Part shown: piece after piece, positions 58,537-64,000 of the stretch
How positions within the stretch are numbered: position 1 is the stretch's first letter
How the letters are laid out: every line of letters begins with the position of its first letter
Program-made: the position numbers and the translations under genes
Source of the DNA: Candidatus Spongiisociaceae bacterium
GTDB lineage: Bacteria > Actinomycetota > Acidimicrobiia > Spongiisociales > Spongiisociaceae
Direction: 5' to 3'
Assembly: GCA_965219685.1 (NCBI GenBank)
Contig: CBDCOH010000002.1
Coordinates: 2,336,001 to 2,400,000 of the forward strand
DNA: 64,000 bases
The notes under the pieces: generated by a model
Told to the model about the DNA's origin: nothing
The model's database searches: none
The model's input: the letters and a program-made list of their open reading frames with translations, nothing else

Positions 58537-60288
58537 TTGGCTGCGGTAGGCGAGAACGGGAACGTCCGCTACGAACCGGATGAGAGTCCACCTCCACTGA
58601 TCGCCCTGGGCGCCGGCCTGCAGGCCGGCGCTCTGATAGTGGCGCCCGTGGTGCTGACCGTGGTGATCGTCGCCAGGATTGCCAAGCAGCCGGAGGGTTA
58701 CATCTCGTGGGCCGTCTTCGCCGCGCTGCTGATCAGCGGGATCACGACCGTGATGCAGGCGGTACGGGTGGGACGCATCGGCGCCGGCCACGTACTGATC
58801 ATGGGCACATCAGGAGCGTTCATCGCGGTGTGCGTAGCGGCGCTGGTCCAGGGTGGACCGTCCACGATGGCGAGCCTCATCGCCGTCTCGTCGCTGTTCC
58901 AATTCCTGATGGCCTCCCGGCTGTCGCTGCTACGCCGGGTCTTCACTCCGGTCGTCTCCGGCACCGTGATCATGCTCATAACCGCAACGGTCGTTCCGGT
59001 GATCTTCGACTCGCTCGGCGACGTAGCCGCCGACGCCTCCCCGGCCGCCGCTCCTGCAGCGGCGTTGGCCACCCTGATAACCGTCACCGGACTCGTGCTG
59101 CGAGCGCCGGCCGCATGGCGTCTCTGGTCGCCGGTGATCGGCATCACGGTTGGATGCGTGGTGGCGGCGTCCTTCGGCATCTACGATGCGCAACCCCTTC
59201 GCGACGCCCCCTGGATAGGAGTTGCCATAGGCTCCTGGCCAGGGCTCGATGTCACCCCCGGTGCGGAGTTCTGGGCACTCCTGCCGGCATTCGTCGTGGT
59301 GACGCTGGTAGGAGCCATCGAGACCATCGGCGACGGGGTTGCAATCCAGCGCGTCTCGCGGCGGAGCCCGCGCGCCACCGACTTCCGGGTCGTGCAGGGG
59401 GCTCTGAACGCAGACGGCATGGGGAACCTGCTCTCGGGCCTCCTCGGAACCCTCCCCAATACGACGTACTCGACGAGCATCTCCCTAGCCGAGGTCACCG
59501 GGATCGGGGCACGAAGGGTGGGTGTGGTCATCGGGGCGTTGTTCGCAGCGGTGGCCTTCCTGCCCAAGGTGGCAGCTGTGCTGATCTCCATCCCCGCGCC
59601 GGTGGCCGCCGCCTACCTGCTGGTCCTCCTGGGGCTGCTGTTCATCCAGGGTGTGAAGATCATCATCAACGACGGCATGGATCACCGGAAGGCCACGGTC
59701 GCCGGAGTGTCGTTCTGGGTGGGTGTCGGCTTCCAGAACGGCTGGATCTTCCCGGACCTGCTGGGGGAGGGTTTTCTCGGAGTGCTGTTCGGCAACGGGA
59801 TGACGGCCGGAGCCATCGTCGCCATCGTCATGGTCTTCTTCATGGAGGCGACCGCCCCACGGCGGAGCCGTCTCGAATTCGCTCTGGACATGGAGGAACT
59901 CCCCAGGCTCGGAGCCTTCCTGCGTGGAGTAGCCGAAGAGTACGGATGGGGGTCGGCCGCCGCCGAGCGCCTGGTCCTTGTCGGTGAGGAAACCCTTTCT
60001 AGCCTGCTGGAGGAACCACCCGACATCCCGGAGGAGCCGCGACACCTGCTCGTGACTGCTCGCCCCTATAGCGGCGGGGCCGAACTCGAGTTCCTGTGCG
60101 CATCCGAACCCGGGAACCTGGAGGATAGGTTGACGTACATGGGGGAGGCGCCGGACATAGCCGACGTCCGTGAGGTTTCGTTCCGCCTCCTGCGCCACTA
60201 CGCCTCGTCGGTCCGCCACCAGAAGTATCACGACGTGGACATCGTGATGGTGAGGGTAGACCGGCCGGGAGTGGTGAATAGTGAATAG
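58537..60288 (+). CDS. NCS2 (xanthine/uracil) permease with C-terminal degenerate HATPase/RsbW-like domain
   Basis: ETIGD, ADGMGN, PNTTYS, TG...RRVG NCS2 motifs; ~145-aa soluble tail. Confidence 0.85.
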   Translation: MAAVGENGNVRYEPDESPPPLIALGAGLQAGALIVAPVVLTVVIVARIAKQPEGYISWAVFAALLISGITTVMQAVRVGRIGAGHVLIMGTSGAFIAVCVAALVQGGPSTMASLIAVSSLFQFLMASRLSLLRRVFTPVVSGTVIMLITATVVPVIFDSLGDVAADASPAAAPAAALATLITVTGLVLRAPAAWRLWSPVIGITVGCVVAASFGIYDAQPLRDAPWIGVAIGSWPGLDVTPGAEFWALLPAFVVVTLVGAIETIGDGVAIQRVSRRSPRATDFRVVQGALNADGMGNLLSGLLGTLPNTTYSTSISLAEVTGIGARRVGVVIGALFAAVAFLPKVAAVLISIPAPVAAAYLLVLLGLLFIQGVKIIINDGMDHRKATVAGVSFWVGVGFQNGWIFPDLLGEGFLGVLFGNGMTAGAIVAIVMVFFMEATAPRRSRLEFALDMEELPRLGAFLRGVAEEYGWGSAAAERLVLVGEETLSSLLEEPPDIPEEPRHLLVTARPYSGGAELEFLCASEPGNLEDRLTYMGEAPDIADVREVSFRLLRHYASSVRHQKYHDVDIVMVRVDRPGVVNSE

Positions 60289-60385
60289 TGAATAGTGAAT
60301 AGTGAATAGTGAATAGTGAATAGTGAATAGTGAATTTTTACGACTGGTTGTAGTATTAGTTATTGTTTCTCACCGCTCACCAATC
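60274..60385. repeat. (GTGAATA)x8+1 array overlapping the permease stop, facing a short arm at the hpt stop
   Basis: Counted directly over 60274-60336; hpt ends in TTGG TGAGCGG TGAGAAA on the minus strand. Confidence 0.95.
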
Positions 60386-60906
60386 GAGTGCTGCTCGAGG
60401 ACCCCGATGTAGGGCAGGTTCCGGTACAACTGGTCGAAGTCCAGCCCGTAGCCGACCACGAACTCCGGACCGATCTCGAAACCCACGTAGCGGACTTCCA
60501 CCGGCACCCGCTGCATGTTCTCCTTGACCAGCAGGGTGGCCAGTTCGATCGAGGCGGGCCGCCGGAGTCTCAGCGTCTTGAGGAGGTAGTCGATGGTGAG
60601 TCCCGAGTCCACGATGTCCTCCACCAGCAGGACATGGCGTCCCGCGATCTCCTCGTCCAGGTCCTTGAGGATCCGGACCACTCCGGAGGTCTTGGTGGCC
60701 GATCCGTACGAGGACACCGCCATGAAGTCGAACTCGACCGGGAGCCGGATATGGCGGGCCAGATCCGCCATCACCATAAAGGCCCCCCGGAGGACGCCGA
60801 CCACCAGCAACGCTTCCCCCTCGTAATCGCGGGTGATCTGCTCCCCTATCTCGCGCAGGCGCGCCGCGATCTCGTCCTCGCCTATCAGTACCCGACCGGC
60901 TTCCAC
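60370..60906 (-). CDS. hpt: Hypoxanthine phosphoribosyltransferase
   Basis: VLRGAF, VSSYG, VLLVEDIVDSGLT, FVVGYGLD..YRNLP. Confidence 0.97.
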   Translation of the reverse strand: MEAGRVLIGEDEIAARLREIGEQITRDYEGEALLVVGVLRGAFMVMADLARHIRLPVEFDFMAVSSYGSATKTSGVVRILKDLDEEIAGRHVLLVEDIVDSGLTIDYLLKTLRLRRPASIELATLLVKENMQRVPVEVRYVGFEIGPEFVVGYGLDFDQLYRNLPYIGVLEQHSIGER

Positions 60907-62234
60907 ATCTCCTCCCGAGCGACCGACGCCACGACATGGCCCATCGTATCGTCATTCACCCAACCTGTGTACGCCCTCCGAACCCCCGGGATCCAGGCAA
61001 CCCTTCCATCCACCTCCAGAACGGGCCAACCATCGCGCTCGTCTGCGGGTATACGCGCTTCCGACAGCGCGTCCGAAGCCCGCTTGCGCCCCTCACGCAT
61101 CGCTATGCGGTCACCGGCGCCCACCCCTCTGATCACCACGCTCCGCCCCGAGAAGGAACCGATGTCGAACACCTGGCGCCAGCGTGACAAGGGATAGACC
61201 TCCGGCCGGCCGGTCCCCTGGTGAGCGGTCCAGGTCCAAGTCCCCCATCGCAGGGTCGCGTCGAGGTCCCAGCGGACCGGTCCGGGAGGCCCCTGGGTAC
61301 CGGTCCCGATCCGCACGTGGGCGCCGACACGAGTCACCGGATGGCCGCCCGTGACCAGGGCGTTGCTCCCGCCCTTTGCCACTCCGAGGACAGCTTCGAC
61401 ATCCGCCCTGGTACCCGGGTAGCCGCCCGCCATTGCGCGCAGCGCCCTCCGCACCACTCGTGCGGCCAGGCTCGGCGGGAGGGTTCGGAGCAGTCCCGTG
61501 GGAATCCTCACGGTGCCTGCGCTCTGCTCGATCTTCACGCCGCCGGCCACCTCATCCAGAAAGGCCAGGTCTGTCTGCGCCAGCCCGGCCAACTCCACCA
61601 GCCTCCTCGAGATGCCGGACGAGATCGATCGTTCCCACTCGCCCAGAACCCGCCGGATCCGGACTCGCCTGAACGAGACATCGTGGTTGGCCGGATCATC
61701 GACGAACGGCAGCCGGAGCAGGCGGGCCAGTTCACGTGTCTCGGAGCGCGTCACGTCGAGCAGGGGCCGCACCAGGCTGTTCCTGCGCCGATGGATCCCG
61801 CGGAGCCCGTCCAGCCCCGATCCCCAGATGAGGTTGCCCAGCACGGTCTCCGCCTGGTCGGTCGATGTATGACCGGTTGCGACCAACTCGCCGGGGCGGA
61901 CCATCCCATCCAGCGCCGCATAGCGGGCCCGGCGGGCCACCTCTTCGGCTGAGCCCGAACCCGACATCGTGATCCTTGCCGTCCGGAAACCCAGGCCGAG
62001 CCGGTCGGCCACCGCCGCGGCGGCCGACTCCATCCGATCAGAGGCGGGCCAGCCGTGGTGAACATGGACTGCCCGCACCGGTCGCCCATGCTGGAGTATG
62101 GCCCACGCAAGAACAGCGCTGTCCGCTCCGCCGCTGAGCGCAACCACCAAGGGAGCTCCGGACTCGCCCAGCCCCCCTCTGACCCTGTCTACGACTTCCG
62201 ACCCGAGCCGGGTCAGCCGACGCGAGCCAGCCAA
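60885..62234 (-). CDS. tilS: tRNA(Ile)-lysidine synthetase
   Basis: ALSGGADS, ARRARY, TGH..DQAET, RPLL, DPAN; start approximate. Confidence 0.95.
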   Translation of the reverse strand: MAGSRRLTRLGSEVVDRVRGGLGESGAPLVVALSGGADSAVLAWAILQHGRPVRAVHVHHGWPASDRMESAAAAVADRLGLGFRTARITMSGSGSAEEVARRARYAALDGMVRPGELVATGHTSTDQAETVLGNLIWGSGLDGLRGIHRRRNSLVRPLLDVTRSETRELARLLRLPFVDDPANHDVSFRRVRIRRVLGEWERSISSGISRRLVELAGLAQTDLAFLDEVAGGVKIEQSAGTVRIPTGLLRTLPPSLAARVVRRALRAMAGGYPGTRADVEAVLGVAKGGSNALVTGGHPVTRVGAHVRIGTGTQGPPGPVRWDLDATLRWGTWTWTAHQGTGRPEVYPLSRWRQVFDIGSFSGRSVVIRGVGAGDRIAMREGRKRASDALSEARIPADERDGWPVLEVDGRVAWIPGVRRAYTGWVNDDTMGHVVASVAREEMWKPVGY

Positions 62235-63250
62235 GACTCGGGCGCCTTGATCTCCGAGCGCGTGGGCAGGGTCTCGGGCGACTCCCATGCAATGTCCACA
62301 GCCGACCAACCGGCCCTACGCTCGACGTGGAGAATGAAGTCCCTTCCCTCCTCGTACTGCCGGAGCTTCATCTCCAGCCCGGTGAGTCTCAGCAAGGCAG
62401 CCACCCGCGGGTTGTTCCGTCGCTGGGCGAGCAACCCGGACATCCTGCGCCACGTAACCAACTGGCGGGACCCGATCCGATCCATCACCACATGACCATG
62501 ACCCTCGAGCAGTGACATGAGCGCCTGCACCTTGTCGAGACGGCGGAGTTCGGCGGGTGTCGCCATGAGTCCCGGGATGCCGGCCTCGCCGAGCGAGAAA
62601 AAGCCCTCTACGCCGGCCCGCTGGATCCCCGAGACGAGCACGGCGAGCCGGGATTCGTCCGGTTTGGAAACGTTGAGAAGCCCCATCGCGAGATCCAGGA
62701 AGTACGACCTCAACCAGGGGACCCCGACGAACTGGAGCCGGTGAGTGGCTTCGTGGAGCGCGACCCAGAAGCGGAACTCGTCCGGACGGAGTTGGTTCCT
62801 TCGCTCGAACTCCAGGATGTTGGGAGCGGGCAGGCAGATCTCGTCACCGCTCCCGGCCGAAGGAATAACCAACTCGTACTGCCCCAGAACCCGGTGGGAA
62901 AGGAGCCCGAGCAGCACGCCCATCTCGATCGCCAAAAGCCGTCCCGAGAGTCCGTCGCCCAGTCCGGCATCCGCCAATTCGTTCTCCAGCGAACTCTCAA
63001 CCGGACTGAGTAGGGCAGAGAAGAAGGCCAGGTTACGTTCCACCCAGGTCAATCGGTCTATGACCGCAACTCTCGGGACGTCGCCACCCGACAGGCCCGT
63101 CTCATCCTCGACCATTCCCGCAGCCCGCACGACCATCGAGGGAGCCGTCTCTTCAAGTACGCGCCGGTGGTAACCATCGGCGAGGGGATAGGTGCCGGCC
63201 AACCGACCGGCTATGCGGGCTGCCTGCTCGACGTGCACATCATCCATCAT
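62213..63250 (-). CDS. Zinc-dependent metalloprotease-like protein (DUF2342)
   Basis: VLGQYE, WVALHEATH..QF, MSLLEGH, K..QYE.G..F; usual position upstream of tilS. Confidence 0.9.
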   Translation of the reverse strand: MMDDVHVEQAARIAGRLAGTYPLADGYHRRVLEETAPSMVVRAAGMVEDETGLSGGDVPRVAVIDRLTWVERNLAFFSALLSPVESSLENELADAGLGDGLSGRLLAIEMGVLLGLLSHRVLGQYELVIPSAGSGDEICLPAPNILEFERRNQLRPDEFRFWVALHEATHRLQFVGVPWLRSYFLDLAMGLLNVSKPDESRLAVLVSGIQRAGVEGFFSLGEAGIPGLMATPAELRRLDKVQALMSLLEGHGHVVMDRIGSRQLVTWRRMSGLLAQRRNNPRVAALLRLTGLEMKLRQYEEGRDFILHVERRAGWSAVDIAWESPETLPTRSEIKAPESWLARVG

Positions 63251-63302
63251 GAGCGGGCCCGTTCACGGACCTTCCGAGTAAGGCGTCGGCGCCTCTCGAT
63301 CC

Positions 63303-63623
63303 TCACCGGATCACGCGATACCGATTCTTGGTGACCCTGACGAAATACATGACGATGGCTCCGACGACGGCCACCGTGCCGAGCAACAACGTGGCCGGAA
63401 CCAGGAAGCGGTACGACCACTCGGGGTCCGGTTGAGCCGGGGCGTCGTCGGGCACCGGTACTGCGGGCTCGGGAACTTCGGCGACCGGAGTCTCGACCGG
63501 GCCGTTCTCCTGGGCACCGACCGGAGCAACGGATACGCCGCCGAACCAAAGGACAAGCAGTGCAAGTGTCAGCAACGGGATGAGGAGGCCGGCGGGCACG
63601 TTGAATCGGACGGATCGCGACAT
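63303..63623 (-). CDS. Small two-TM hypothetical protein
   Basis: Signal/TM, Pro-rich linker, W.YRFL.., second TM. Confidence 0.6.
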   Translation of the reverse strand: MSRSVRFNVPAGLLIPLLTLALLVLWFGGVSVAPVGAQENGPVETPVAEVPEPAVPVPDDAPAQPDPEWSYRFLVPATLLLGTVAVVGAIVMYFVRVTKNRYRVIR

Positions 63624-63657
63624 TAGTCCAACTGTACCATCCGGAAGGCGTTGTTCA

Positions 63658-64000
63658 CTAATACCCGACCCGCTGAGAGGGTCCGTCGGAGCCGGACGCG
63701 GCGGGAAGGGGTTGGCGGAACAAGCCGGGCGGGACCGGGCAGCCGGCCCGGACAAGAGCGAGGCGCCAGGAGGGTGACGAACCCATCGCCCAGCGCAGCG
63801 AGGCTGTAGCGACCCGACCCGCCAGGTGTCCCCCCGGGACGTCCCTCATCCCGAGGATGCGGCGGATGCGGACGGGGGTTATGGCGACCGCTCCCCTGAA
63901 CAGGAGGCTGTACCCGGCCTTGTGGAGAGGACCTAGGGGTGGATCGGACAGGAACTCCACCGCGGCCTGCATGCCTGGTGAACGTTCCAGATCGGGATGG
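63658..64000 (-). CDS. MpaB/DUF2236 oxygenase family C-terminal part (5' end outside window)
   Basis: AVEFL.DPPL....GY.LL..GAV...P...R..LG pattern. Confidence 0.65.
   Translation of the reverse strand, partial: HPDLERSPGMQAAVEFLSDPPLGPLHKAGYSLLFRGAVAITPVRIRRILGMRDVPGGHLAGRVATASLRWAMGSSPSWRLALVRAGCPVPPGLFRQPLPAASGSDGPSQRVGY

Overview
High-GC actinobacterial chromosome segment; gene order and content suggest class Acidimicrobiia (inference). The backbone is the conserved tilS-hpt-ftsH-folE-folP-folB-folK-DUF2520-panC-coaX-lysS-clpC ... disA-carD-ispD-ispF-cysS-rlmB block on the minus strand. The window also carries infA, bpa, a Liv-type ABC operon, a nucleoside (BMP) ABC operon, a P450, a nucleoside hydrolase, tRNA-Arg(CCT) and tRNA-Thr(TGT). 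There are two decayed accessory patches. The first (about 5.5-12.7 kb, after tRNA-Arg) has an AbiE toxin-antitoxin pair between ~100-bp direct repeats, toxin-antitoxin and Calx-beta remnants, and nested IS1380/IS5 elements. The second (about 36.3-38.5 kb) has broken lipoproteins and IS110 and ABC fragments. Most unusual signals: (1) 7-nt-period G/T-rich arrays that start at the stop codon of about ten unrelated genes, each with its own unit and often facing a C/A-rich arm; (2) FolB fused to a ~84%-identical copy of the ClpC N-terminal domain; (3) a substrate-binding protein with an apparently identical 1156-bp internal duplication whose codons share the G/T-to-C/A polarity of the IS elements; (4) an NCS2 permease with an RsbW-like tail, CarD with a histone-H1-like arm, and DisA with RHR changed to RFR. 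All calls are by eye, with no database search, and single-base lesions could be sequencing errors.
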